The notes under the pieces: model-generated
Databases searched by the model: none
What the model saw: only the letters and a program-made list of their open reading frames with translations
Told to the model about the DNA's origin: nothing
In this document: piece after piece, positions 11,172 through 22,215 of the stretch
Numbering within the stretch: the first letter of the stretch is position 1
Layout of the letters: every line of letters begins with the position of its first letter
Source of the DNA: Circinaria calcarea
Taxonomy: Eukaryota
Direction: 5' to 3'
Assembly (NCBI GenBank): GCA_051942165.1
Contig: JAVECS010000039.1
Span: 1 to 32,200, forward strand
DNA length: 32,200 bases
Made by a program: the position numbers and the translations under genes

Positions 11172-12261
11172 ATGAACGCACACATACATATATCGAGTTG
11201 GGATTGGCCCAACTGCCTTGAGTTCTGCTGTGGCCCAAAACAGCTGATACAGCATATCATCATTTCTCATTTGACGGAAGAGACGCCGGTGCCTTCGAGG
11301 AACTTTTCGAAGAAAAGGAAACGACTGCTGGCGGATACAGACGACCAAGAGATTGATCGATAAACCATGAAAGAGGTTGTATTTATCTGCTCATTTCCAC
11401 AATGCGGACACACGAAGGAATACAGATCTAAATCTAACCTGAGACGACATTACTTTGACCGTAAGTGATAACATTTAGACACCTGGACATGGCGAATGGC
11501 TGTCGAACTCAGATTATTCGTTTTTTAGAAAGAAAATAATCGATGCCCATACTGTCTCACGCCGAAAGATGATTTGGGAGCTCTTTCACGACATTGGGAT
11601 ACATCTTGCAGAAGCAAGGTCCGAGAGAATGGTGTGTTTGACCCAGACGAACAGCTTCGACTCGACTCCTTCAAAAAGAAACAAGAGGTGGGCATGCTTT
11701 TGACAAGAGCTTTAAATGTGGCATCAAATGCACCACGCAAACAGGCTCGTCAGGGTCAGGCGCATACTTCAGAAAATTCGGGTAGCGATGATGAAGACGA
11801 TAGACGTATCTACTAGCATTCTGACCAATCGGCCATTCTGACCACCCGGCCCGGGCTTAGTGGGTGCTTAGTGGGTGCTTAGTGGGTACCCCCTAAAATT
11901 TCTTCGGGGCATAGAAGCGAATCCACTAGTATGCAAGTAGAAGCCATAAAGGCTAGGCTGCCAGCCACTAATGCTCGGCCCGGGTGGTCAGAATGGCCGA
12001 TTGGTCAGAATGCTAGTAGATACGTCTATCTTGTTCCACGCGAAACCTTGCCCGACAACGTCCATGCCATCCACAAAGCCAAACCTAGACTCTGGTAGTA
12101 AGGAAGCTGCGAACGTTGCTTCAAGTATGTCTCTAGGTTCTAATAAGCTATCTAACTTCTGGTCTAATGAGGTAACTTTGGATAGTCTCCAACTCGATAT
12201 CTACCTTCTCCCAAATATCAAGGACTTCGACAAGCAATGCGAGCCAGGCGATACACGCTGA
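11172..12261 (+). pseudogene. C2H2/C2HC zinc-finger protein pseudogene interrupted by a MITE; fragments probably continue to about 13065
   Basis: A KKRKR NLS is followed by an in-frame TAA (11361), then finger 1, CSFPQC-x14-HYFD|H, which spans a GTAAGT intron at 11461-11512. After a frameshift/TAG in the poly-T at 11521-11528 comes finger 2, CPYC-x12-H-x4-C. Removing the MITE fuses ORF 11574 (..SDDEDD) in frame to ORF 11971 (ILFHAKPC..). Confidence 0.65.
11803..12026. mobile_element. 224-bp MITE of the Tc1/mariner-pogo type, with perfect 47-bp TIRs and a TA target-site duplication
   Basis: 11803-11849 (GACGTATCTACTAGCATTCTGACCAATCGGCCATTCTGACCACCCGG) is the exact reverse complement of 11980-12026. 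TA flanks both ends (11801-11802 and 12027-12028). Each TIR contains CATTCTGACCA twice, and the interior has GCTTAGTGGGT three times. Confidence 0.93.
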
Positions 12262-14880
12262 TCTCACTGCCCGTCTCCTGCTTAGCGACGATTTAGTCAT
12301 CCCCTCCATCGCACCCGCAACTGCAAATACACCAGACCATTCCTCAGCGTTGGGCTATAAGAGACATGTATCATTGCCTCACAGTACCATTCTTAACTAT
12401 ACTGCGACCGCGACTGTACAAGATTCAAGAGGTAGAGTTGTTCCTCGCTCGTGCCCCCCCTTTTTGGTGCAAGGGCTCATGATATAATGGCAGATACCTC
12501 TAGTAATTTTAGACTTATTACGGACGGAACTCAAACCAGGAACGAACAAGGAACTTCGAATGCCAATGAGAGCTCAACGTCCCTACCCTCCTCCGACCTT
12601 TCACAACGACGTTCACAAGGCAAGCATTTCTGAAATTGGCAATCATACGCTGTAGCTTACAAAACTTGCAGAAATACACCTCTCCTATGATGCAGCAATT
12701 CAAGCTAACAGAAACGAACACCGAGAAACACTACTTCCTTCGTTATGTGGCACGAGAAATGACATTCAAGAGACGTCAAATGCAGAGCAAGGTAAGTACA
12801 CAAGCTTGTGGTGCGTCTCTAATAAGGGCTAAGTTCTAGGAACGTGAATCGTAATCGTGTTGAATCCAACCGTGACACGGCATCTGGGGATCTGGAGCAA
12901 AGCATGTGGAGTCAACCACAACAACCTGAGTTTATGGGCTATGATGTGATAGATTTTGCATCATTAAGGGACCCCTATTATGCCATGACCAGCCATAACC
13001 TTTCAATGTTCACCTCTCTCGATCTGGAAGCGTCCCCTTCGAACTGGAACATTCCGCCGGAGTGATAACAAGAAGGTCCAAGGCAGGGCTGACATCGACT
13101 ACCCCTGTTATATGATTCTTCTAACCTGTGAGCAGCAGCCCAGAAGGATTTGGGTCGTCGCTGATAACACGGATCGGTATCAAATCCGCCCACACGCCTT
13201 CCTTAACGTGGACACGAGCGGGTCGAGGTCCAGGTATTCGCAGGATTGAATAGCCATACTCTTTTGCATCCATCTACTTTCTTAGCATAATCTGGTATTG
13301 CAATGAGAACACTATACCTTGGTCCGAATTCCTAATGCCTCAAATAGGCTGTCAAGTCTAGCCCGCCTATCCGCCTCCACGCATCTGCCTATGTCGCCCT
13401 TTGGTTCCATCTTGAATTCCGCGGTTTCAAGCCATGTGCCGAGGTCGTTTATAATAGCAGAAACCCCCTGCAGCTGACTAGGCCCACCAGAGGCCATTTG
13501 CCTGGCTCAACAATGCTTCAAAACTCAAGGAGCGGAGAACGAGTGTGCTCTAGCGAGGATCGATGCTAGTCGTATAAGGAGGGTTTTCGGATCTGCACTA
13601 TGTATTGATCAGCCTTTGATAATATAACGTTTTGTCCGAAAACATGAGGAGGAACCAACGGTTTCTGCGCAGGCCCGTCATTGGCCAAAACAGGGTGGAA
13701 ACATATATCTCCAGACTTAGCAAAGTCAACCAGACGCTACAACCTTTAATTATGTATATGCGAGACCTAGGATTCGTAGCTAGGTACAAGAAGTCCAGAT
13801 ATTTAGATTTTGCTGTTGGAATAACCTCATCCACATATTTTGGCCTAAGGCATCATTTAGAGTATTAAATGGAGATTTTCCTTGACATCGTTATTATAGA
13901 GTCTGCTATGAAGGCGACTTGCACTACCAGTAACTCGAAGCAGGCTTTGAGAGAAGATACAACTTATTGGTCAGACGTTTCAATAGAAAAGGGAAGTGCT
14001 GTTCATCAATTATTATTTTCATCTTCTATATAATGTAGAACTATGTATAAACTGTTATTACTTAGCTATCCTCTAGTCCAGCCCGCCATGATTTAATCCA
14101 GCGGGTAGCATATATTTCAAGCGCAGAGTATAAGCCGATCCCGCAGAACGTTTTTATCAACGGTGTCTTTCGACAGGTCGAAGTCTGGTAGCTTTGTCTG
14201 GCCGGATTTCGAGACTGATACACCGTAAGCAGAAAGGCAGATTGCCAAGTACGTGGAATGCTGCGGAATGAAGACTTGTGTGTGCGGTTTGAGCCTGCTT
14301 CAGAGCGCTGTCTTTTTCAACGCAGTGGTGACAGGCCTCGAATGCAAGACATGAGAAAAGGATGATGAGATAAGAAGGTAAAGCAAAGGGGAGAAGGTCG
14401 GCGCAGCCCTGGACAGAATAGCTCTGCGAATGGAGGTGATGTATGAAGAGAGCTGGGGTACCTTGACTGGCTTGATTGATACTGTATCAGAGTACCATGG
14501 GTTCGGCGTATCGATGTGCAGCACCAATTAGCGAAGTTTATTATTAGTGGGGGTGCTCAAGCGTAGCGAAGAATGCCACGAATAGATCCCGTGGTGTTCT
14601 CCGACTGCTAAGCCATAAAAATGCCTTAGGCAAAAACTTGCTTGCCATGGAGGGGTGCTAACCCAGGGCAACTGAACGACGGAGCCATCATTCTCCAACT
14701 AAGTTTTTAGGTAAGACGCATCACTACGTTGCTTCCTTCATCCTCACTCCACGCGGTGGAGCACTCTCTGCCTCAGGAGAACCAAGATCTGGAGGACTGT
14801 GGCGTGGTAAATCTGCTACCTGCCTCGTAACCTGCTCCTTTCCTCGACGGACCCTGCGCAATAACTGACTGAGACTTGCA

Positions 14881-15268
14881 ATGGCTACTCCTGGAGAGGC
14901 TGTACCATTGAGCGAAGAAGAACATTATGCAGTCACTGAGTGCATGAAATCGTTGGACGAGGCGCCACTACAAGGACAATCAGACTCAGAAGTTGACCTA
15001 AGTGGGCTAGACGGTGTTGTCCAAAAATTTGTTCAGAAATTCGATTCATGGAGGAAGGCATATGTTCCCAATCTACCCATGGACATATGCTGAACTACGT
15101 TTGCAGCTCGGCGGCAAAGAATTCGAGGTTTACAGCTCTTCGGTTCACCAAATCCATCATCCTGACTGTGCCAAAAACGGTGCTCTTGATTCCTACCGCT
15201 ATCACCTCCAACAACCCTGCCATTGGAAAACAATCACTGGCCATTGGGTCATATATATATCTTACTGA
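14881..15268 (+). pseudogene. Possible frameshifted hypothetical gene fragment
   Basis: ATG-initiated ORF 14881-15093 has protein-like composition and overlaps ORF 15014-15268 (WTYAELRLQLGGKEFEV..), which suggests one frameshifted gene. No family recognised. Confidence 0.3.
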
Positions 15269-15292
15269 GGATGTATTGGTGGAACCAGGATT

Positions 15293-17379
15293 TCATTGCC
15301 TCGCGTTTCTAGCTGAGTAGCTTTGCCCTGGAAAATCTTCATCAGAAATGGCATTACCCCAGATGTCGACCTGGTCTGGCACAGGAGGGCTTACACTATC
15401 CGCCTGGCTTCCGACATTATTCGGGAAGGTGAGCAGCATAGCATTTTCCCATGGATCGATAGGAGTCGCGAAGGAGATCGGCATAGCGCTTTCCCACGGA
15501 TCGATTTGATTTGGGAAGGAGATCAGAGCGGCATTTTTCCAGGGGTTGATAAGAGAGGGAACATAGTTCAGTGATTTGTCAGCCGCTTGATATGGCACGA
15601 GTCCTATGCCATGTTTATGTGTTAATTCATTCCAACGATTTCAGAGTTACTTACCTGTTTAGATGCGGCTGATCAGTGATCAAATCCGTAGAGGTTGATG
15701 AGCATTAACTGATTGAAGTCGTACTCGCACTGTAGTTGTTTTGGGTTTGTGGGTGATCAGGGAACTCTGGCCGTACTCCTAATGATGAATGATGACCAGG
15801 GCCTAGCGGGCTAGACTGAGGATCAGGATCCGGATTCTCCAACGCAGAGTCTCCCACCGAATTAGCTGACATGGTCACAGGGCCTGGCTGTGGGATTGAA
15901 TCAAGCTGAGCTCTAGCTTATGCAGATTGTGCTGCGCCCTCTGGAGATTCTGCAGGGCGGTCGAATTCAGCAACGGCGACAGCGGCAAGGATGTCAAATT
16001 GCGACGCATCCGATACAACCGGGCTATGGCAGCGCCTAGAGCTTGTGGTAGTCCTTGCCTGGTAACGGCTCCATTGATCTAAAAGCAATAACAACGATAC
16101 ATGACACTATATGTTTCGTGGGGCTTCTAGACAGGCGAAAGAGCTCCCCAGCGCCTAGAGCAAAACATACCTGTCTATAACTGTTCAGAAACTCAGCCGA
16201 ATCACGTTATTGGGGCAGTTCATCGCATACTTAAAGTCCAATGTGCTGCTAATATATGCGGCAGGATGAAACATATACATATCAACGAAGGTGGGAGGCG
16301 CCGACCTCCCAAGGTTGTGGATAACGCCTTCTATCACCTTTCGCATCCTCTCTTTAGAATATGATACAATTTGGCTCAGAGAGAAATTCATCACTGGCAG
16401 GGGTCAGTAGCTGTAATAATGTCATAGAGGGTCAATAGAGGAAGTAGACTTACAGGATAAGGCTTCGTATACCAGAGCAGCTCGAGGTCCCCATTCCCAC
16501 CAGAGCCCATCAACAATCGAGTTTATAGCCGAGGCTGCAAGTACCCACCGAGTTCTAGTGGAAGGGCTTCTTCCATGAATGTCGCAGGCAGTCGGCGCGA
16601 GGTCACGGAACTTGCGAAGGCATGGAGCAACAATACGGCACTTCCAAGAGATCTGGTAAGCGCTTCTTAGGACTCTTGACGCCTGTTCCCACAGAATAGT
16701 CTCTAGGCATAAGGACCGATCCTTGATGTTATATTCACTGCACGCGAAGCGGGCGTTGAAATCCATAGGGACAGTCGGTGGGGCAAGATTGACTTCCGGG
16801 GACGACCACATCAGTGCATGTCGGTTGAGTGCTCTTTCCTTCCTTCGTGGCACTAGACAGCTTGTCTAGCCCCTTCTTGATCTTGTTCGTGAGACTTTTA
16901 ACAGCCTCATCTTCCTCGACTCCCACCTCATTGCCCCTTGTATCATTACCAACGCTACTGCCACTATCATCGTCCGCGCCCTCATCATTGGCATCGCCAT
17001 TGCTGCCTTCATTATTATAGCACTCCTGGTCGTTATCATCATCTCCATTGAGGTTGCGCTCGTTATAGACGCTGTGGGACGTGTTCAATCTTCGGCGTTT
17101 GAGTCGATTCGCAGGTCTGTCACTGGCATCCTCCACACCTGAACTTCCTAGCACCTTCACCTCAATTTCTGCGTCGTTTTCAAACTTTATGTATCCAAGG
17201 AGAGCCAATTCAGCCTTCTTCGCGCAGGATACATCGGGGCAACCGGAAACCGGAGGATCGTAAGTGCGGCTGGAACTTGTCAGTTGAAGGCCAGGAAAGG
17301 AGCTTATTAAAACATACCAACATTTGCTTGAGAAATCCCGTTGAGTAGGTTGGTAGTAAACATTATATATCCGTTGCAC
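15293..17379 (-). pseudogene. Multi-exon hypothetical gene (NLS, acidic tract, globular domain, C-terminal 15-aa repeats), apparently frameshifted
   Basis: Collinear minus-strand ORFs 16735-17379 (LKRRRL, D/N-rich), 16422-16853 (CLETILWEQA..WGPRAALVYEAL), 16185-16394 (FHPAAYISS) and 15293-15598. A GTAAGT donor near 16450 and a CTGAC..CAG acceptor near 16400 link two of them. A frame change is needed near 16840-16850. Attaching 15293-15598 to this gene is inferred. Confidence 0.5.
15413..15550 (-). repeat. 45-bp (15-aa) coding tandem repeat, 3 copies
   Basis: Translates as INPWKNAALISFPNQ / IDPWESAMPISFATP / IDPWENAMLLTFPNN. On the + strand TTCCCA(T/C)GGATCGAT recurs about 45 bp apart. Confidence 0.7.
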
Positions 17380-17788
17380 AGCATCAAGGAGTTCGGAAGA
17401 GTTATCAGCCCAAAGGGCCGTTTGGCAACACCAGGTGTAGCGAAATCGACACGAAAAGAACGTTTAATTTGGAATTACTTTGATGCCAAACGGCGTGATA
17501 AATACCTGAATCACTGCCCAGTGCTGGTCATGCTGCACAGCAAAGTGAATGCGTGTCGTCCGATCCTTGGAGACTCGGTGGCCCGGACGTCGTGCAATCA
17601 CTCCTGATGCAGATATCGCTTTTTGCTGGTCCTTGTAATGAGATATAGAACGAGTGATGGCTGCAAAGCTTGCTTTGGTCCATTTCACAGATGGGGTACA
17701 GTTGCAAGTGAAATGGAGTAAGAAGGAATATCATAAGTTTGTGTTGTGTAGGAGAGATGGGGAAGCTGAACTCGACGAGGTCGGTTTT

Positions 17789-17833
17789 TGCAGGGGGGCA
17801 CTCGCGTTTCCACAATGCGAGTGCCCCCCTGCA
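17789..17833. repeat. Perfect 17-bp GC-rich inverted repeat (hairpin/cruciform) with an 11-nt spacer
   Basis: TGCAGGGGGGCACTCGC (17789-17805) and GCGAGTGCCCCCCTGCA (17817-17833) are exact reverse complements. Confidence 0.85.
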
Positions 17834-18653
17834 GATTCGCGGAACTTGACGAAACAAGCCCCCCACCAATATCTGCCGCACTAGTCCCACAGACATCGCC
17901 TGTTCGATCCAGTAGAGGACAATGATACCATTTATGATCAATTAACACGAAGCCTAATTGTTGGAAGTGTCTCAAGAGTCTGCAGTCTAGAAAGGTGATG
18001 AGGATGGGCGTCCGCACTTCCACCCAGTAGGAGGATATCAACCACTCTCTGGTATCGATGCATGACCATTCGAGCGTGAAGTGTCATTCCAGGCTATCTG
18101 GGTGCAACGCAATAAACGGCTCCCTAAACTGAACATCCAACCTATTGTTGATGGTCTCATGTCGCATGTCTCAAGCCAAGGCACTCTTGAATTGTCTAGA
18201 CAGTCTGTGATTTATGGAAGTTGAACGAGAGCCTCAAGGTCAAGCTATAAAAAGCAATTGTAATCCGTATAAATGCAATGTGCCCTCTTCGCTACCTCCA
18301 AACGTCGCTCCCAGAGAACAATCGCGAAGCTTCATATATGCTGTTTGCTTGATCAAAGCCTGGCAGGTTATGCAATCTGCACCTCGGACACACGGCGCGG
18401 CTCCAATCTTCCAATCCTTCCATCCATCTCCGGTGACTCGACCTCTACTGCATATCAGCAGTTGGGAAGGGGCAGGAGCGGTGGTCAGCTACCCGTCCTT
18501 AGCCCTTCGAGCAATCCAAGACAAACTCGATGGCGGTGTGGATAATAAAACTTTGCCGGAGACGCAGCAGTCAAATCTTTGCGATGACGCGCATCATTTT
18601 GCCGCAAAGGATCCGTCAAACCCCCTCTCCGTTGGTGCTCTTAGCCCCTTCTA

Positions 18654-19999
18654 TACTAATTTACTAGTAAGCGCTATCTTTGTGTACGCGTATTCCAATT
18701 TTCTTCGGGGATTTTCAATTATTTTCATTCAATTAACAACATAATGCCGAAATCATTAAGCAGCGAATTAAGGGCGAATGTACTTTATATGATACAGAAC
18801 GGAATACCTATTAAAAACATATCTAAACATAATCGCATTTCTATACGGCAAGCCCAACAAATGCGATTGAATTACATTCATTGGGGTAGTGTAGTGATGC
18901 CAAGATGTGTTCGAATGGGCCGCCCAAGGTTACTTACTAAGGCAATGGAGGAGGTATGTAAGATACGGAGAATATAAAGCTATTTACTAATAAATTCTAT
19001 AGGGCCTGCTTGATTTTCTCGGCCACCACCCTACTGCATACCTCGATGAAATGGCATACTATATATGGGACCAGTTCGGCGTTGATATTAGCGTTCAATC
19101 CATTTGCCGCATATTGAAGAGGCTGAAATGGTCATGGAAGAAGATATAACATGAACTTTTATATCTAAATTACGTGGAATTACAAGCTAATTCTTCGTTT
19201 ATTTAGGCTCGCCATGAAGCAGCACAACGAAGCCAATTCCTTCGCGACGAATGGAACGTACGTCTTACCGAATGGCTTCCACATCAGCTGGTTTTCCTTG
19301 ACGAAAGCGCTGCCAATGAGCGTACAGCAGACAGGAAGTATGGATGGGCCCCTATTGGCGTTAGGGTATCAGTAACCACGCCATATACACGGTCAGAAAG
19401 ATGGTCTATACTGCCTGCGTATACCATCGATGGATATATAGCGCACGAGGTTTACAAAGGCTCTATTACAACACCTATTTTCAATGACTTCGTTGCTCGC
19501 AGAGTGCTTCCGCTTTGCGGCGACTCTCGACTACAAGAACCTTGCTCAGTATTAGTAGCTGATAATGCCTCAATCCACCGATCACAACAACTTCAGGATA
19601 TGTGCGACAGAGCCCATGTTACCCTAGCAATGCTACCGCCTTATTCGCCGGATTTCAATCCAATTGAGACGTTGTTTGCGGTATTAAAGGCATGGATAAA
19701 GAGGCATCATGTGCTTGCAGCAAGCTATGGCCCAGAAGGAGGCGGATTCATACAATTCCTAAACCACGCAATTGCGGAGCAAAATAATCGAGGTGATCCA
19801 GGAGCTTTATTCCGGGCAGCGGGCATTCAATATTGGAACGTTACGGAGCAGGAATTAGAATATCAATAGCATAGTAGAATCATAGCAATCTACGTGGGTT
19901 TAGGCAGTATTTACATAGAGAAAATATTTAATATTCAACTTTCCCCGACGAAAATTGAGATACGTGTAAATAAAGATAGTATTTACTAATAAATTACTA
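18654..19999 (+). mobile_element. Tc1/IS630-family (DD34E) DNA transposon of about 1.35 kb with degenerate 55-bp TIRs
   Basis: 18657-18711 matches the reverse complement of 19942-19996 at 45/55 positions, and 8 of the 10 mismatches are transitions. The TIRs enclose the transposase. TA at 18652-18653; the right TSD is degenerate, so the exact ends are approximate. Confidence 0.85.
18744..19869 (+). pseudogene. DD34E Tc1-like transposase with 2 introns; intron-2 donor mutated from GT to AT
   Basis: Exons 18744-18953, 19003-19143 and 19207-19869. HTH region with MGRPRLLT and PTAYLDEM; catalytic motifs LVFLDES, VADNASIH and LPPYSPDFNPIE, with 34 residues between D2 and E. Intron 2 starts ATATAA at 19144, so read-through hits TAA. 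Confidence 0.88.
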
Positions 20000-20039
20000 T
20001 GGTACAACTATCCTAGCTAGCGCCTCTCCCTAATCCATG

Positions 20040-21450
20040 CGGAGATCGCAAAAAAAAAAGAGGACCCTCAAAAAAGAGTCTACAACATGCCACCCCCCAT
20101 TTCTGAGGGGGCTGGCTTTCGCTTAATTTTTGCGCGAATTATAACATCTCGAAAAAATGCCACCCACGATCCGCTAGTTATTAGCTCTGTATATTAAAAG
20201 GTACTAAGGATCTTAAAGTTAGCGATTTACGCAGCTAATCTTTAGCTTTTTGCCCCGCTCAAGCATTGTATCTAAAATGGTAGGTAAAATGAAGTATTAA
20301 TAGGGTCGAGTCCATTCTCTTTTGGCCGTGCGCAATACATGAGTCACGTTATCTAAAATTGTACCTAAAATAAGAGATGGAATAAAATATTAATAAGGTT
20401 TTTTCTGATAATAACGCAGCATATAATTCAGGGTATTAAAATTAGTATAGAAAATGGTACCTAAAATAATATTTAAAAAGATATGTAAAATAGTACCCAA
20501 AACGGTATATAAAATAATAAGTGGATAAACTGATGGCGCTAAATAACGCTAAGCTCGGCTTTATTTTAGCTTCACTTCAGGGTGGCTGGCTTTTTACTAC
20601 TACTTAAAATGATACTAAATTCCGACCCATACAAATTAAGCGAGAAAAAAGCCAGCCCCCCCAGAAATGGGGGGTGGCACGTTCCGGACTCCTCAAAAAA
20701 CGCATAGACTTTTGCTACCAACGGTATCATAAATGCATTGCATGTCAGCGCGGCTGGGTGAGTGCTCAATTGGCCGAATGACGCGTTGAATACGCCGAAT
20801 ACATGCTGGAGCGGTATCCAGATAAAGAGGATTGGAAGCGTGTACGATTCAGCGATGAAGTTTATTTTGGATGGGGCCCATAGTATAAATTTAGTATTAT
20901 TCGAAAGCCTGGAATAAGATATTGTAGATTGTTTACAGCATAACGATAACCCGATTGCAAAAGGCGAAGAACGCTTCCATTGCTGGGCTGTAGTAGGGTA
21001 TAATATCAAGTCACCTACTTATTCTTATAAGGTGCAAAGTAACACCAATGGAAAAATGACACTATAGATTTAGGAAGACGCTATTCTGGAGCCTATAGTG
21101 AAGCAACGGCTACAACAGGGGTAGGATTTCGTCTGAGAAGAAGACCGGGACTATGGGCATAGAACAGGGAAAGCAAATATTGTACGCACGTGGAAGTAGC
21201 AAAAGGGGTTGAAATCCTATTTCAATTGTACCTCTTCCCTAGACCTTTCTCCTATTGAGAATTGCTGGCAGCCACCGAAACAGCACATCAAGATATACCC
21301 TCATTAGGACGATGCAATGACCAATGGCCTTATTTATGATGGGTAGAAGGCTGTATCTTAGAAGTTAATTAACGAGCGTGTACTACAAATGCCGGAGAGA
21401 TTACAGGCTATCATTAATAGCGAGGGCAAGATGCCAGATAAATTATTAGA
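20040..21450 (+). pseudogene. Heavily degraded second Tc1-like transposase relic (DD37E spacing), interrupted by a MULE-type MITE
   Basis: Manual translation: RTLKK|RID..YHKCIACQRGWV..DWKRVRFSDEVYFGWGP*..RFHCWAVVGYNIKS..NGKM..ILEPIVK..DFV*EEDRDYGH..YFNCTSSLDLSPIENCW..MPERLQAII. D at 20854, D at 21143 and E at 21257. Many TAG/TGA stops and at least one frameshift. Confidence 0.85.
20076..20691. mobile_element. 616-bp non-autonomous Mutator-like element (MULE-MITE)
   Basis: Exact 9-bp direct repeat CTCAAAAAA at 20067-20075 and 20692-20700. Termini are GAGTC...GACTC. TIRs 20076-20129 and 20633-20691 differ by 5 substitutions and one 5-nt indel. The AT-rich interior repeats an AAAATGGTACCTAAAAT-like motif. 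Confidence 0.9.
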
Positions 21451-21670
21451 ATACTGCACTTTAGTATTATCTTAAACTATAAGCATATATTGAATCACGA
21501 CAGCAAGCATCCAATTTGTATATGGAATTGCATGTGGTGTTGGTAGAAAATGTCGGTTAAGGCGGGGTTATGTCGCATTTTTGGGTCACCCGCGTGTTAG
21601 GGCTTGGTTCTCAGAATAGAGAAGTATCAAGGCACAGTGGCTAGCAGCGGTATTAGTTGAATTCCAATCA

Positions 21671-22072
21671 GTCACTGGCACTGACACTGGCACTGATACT
21701 GACACTGACACTGACACTGGCACTGGTAATAATAATAATAATGGCACTGATACTGGCACTGACAGTGACAATGACACTGGCACTAGCACTGGTAATGATA
21801 ATGGCACTAATATTGGCACTGGCACTGGCACTGGTAATAATAATGGCACTGGCACTGGTACTGGCACTGGCACTGGCACTGGTAATGATAATGGCACTAA
21901 TACTGGCACTGGCACTGGCACTGGTAATGATAATAATAATGGCACTGGCACTGGTACTGGCACTGGTAATGACAGTGATAGTGACACTGGTAATGACAGT
22001 GACAGTGACACTGGCACTGACACTGGCACTGGCACTGGCACTGGCACTGGCACTGGCACTGATACTGATAGT
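21671..22072. repeat. Degenerate hexamer satellite (GGCACT)n of about 400 bp with a roughly 90-bp higher-order unit
   Basis: Runs of GGCACT with variants GACACT, GATACT, GGTACT, GGTAAT, GATAAT and GACAGT. The block starting at 21791 recurs at 21881. This explains the low-complexity ORFs (PV)n, (LA)n and (SA)n. Confidence 0.95.
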
Positions 22073-22215
22073 TACTGACATTGTAGTAGTAGCAATTGAA
22101 TTGAATACAATGCGTATATAAAACCGTTCAAGGACCCTACCAACGGTGGCCAGTGTAGCCAGTGTGACCAGTCGCTGGGAACACTCCGTACATTGTTTGT
22201 TTGCCTGTGGCTCAG

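Noticed and set aside
13312..13868. Short ORFs 13312-13497 (-) and 13632-13868 (+)
   Set aside because: No motifs or reliable exon structure; they may be gene debris but cannot be supported.
17310..17941. Ulp1/C48 protease-like hints on the minus strand (IHFAVQHDQHW, QRDFSS)
   Set aside because: The fragments are separated by stops and frame changes, and no convincing catalytic triad could be assembled by eye.
20572..21009. 145-aa minus-strand ORF
   Set aside because: It is an antisense shadow across the DD37E relic and the MULE TIR.
21671..22072. Possible CRISPR array or telomeric repeat
   Set aside because: There are no unique spacers, the context is eukaryotic, and the unit is GGCACT rather than TTAGGG.
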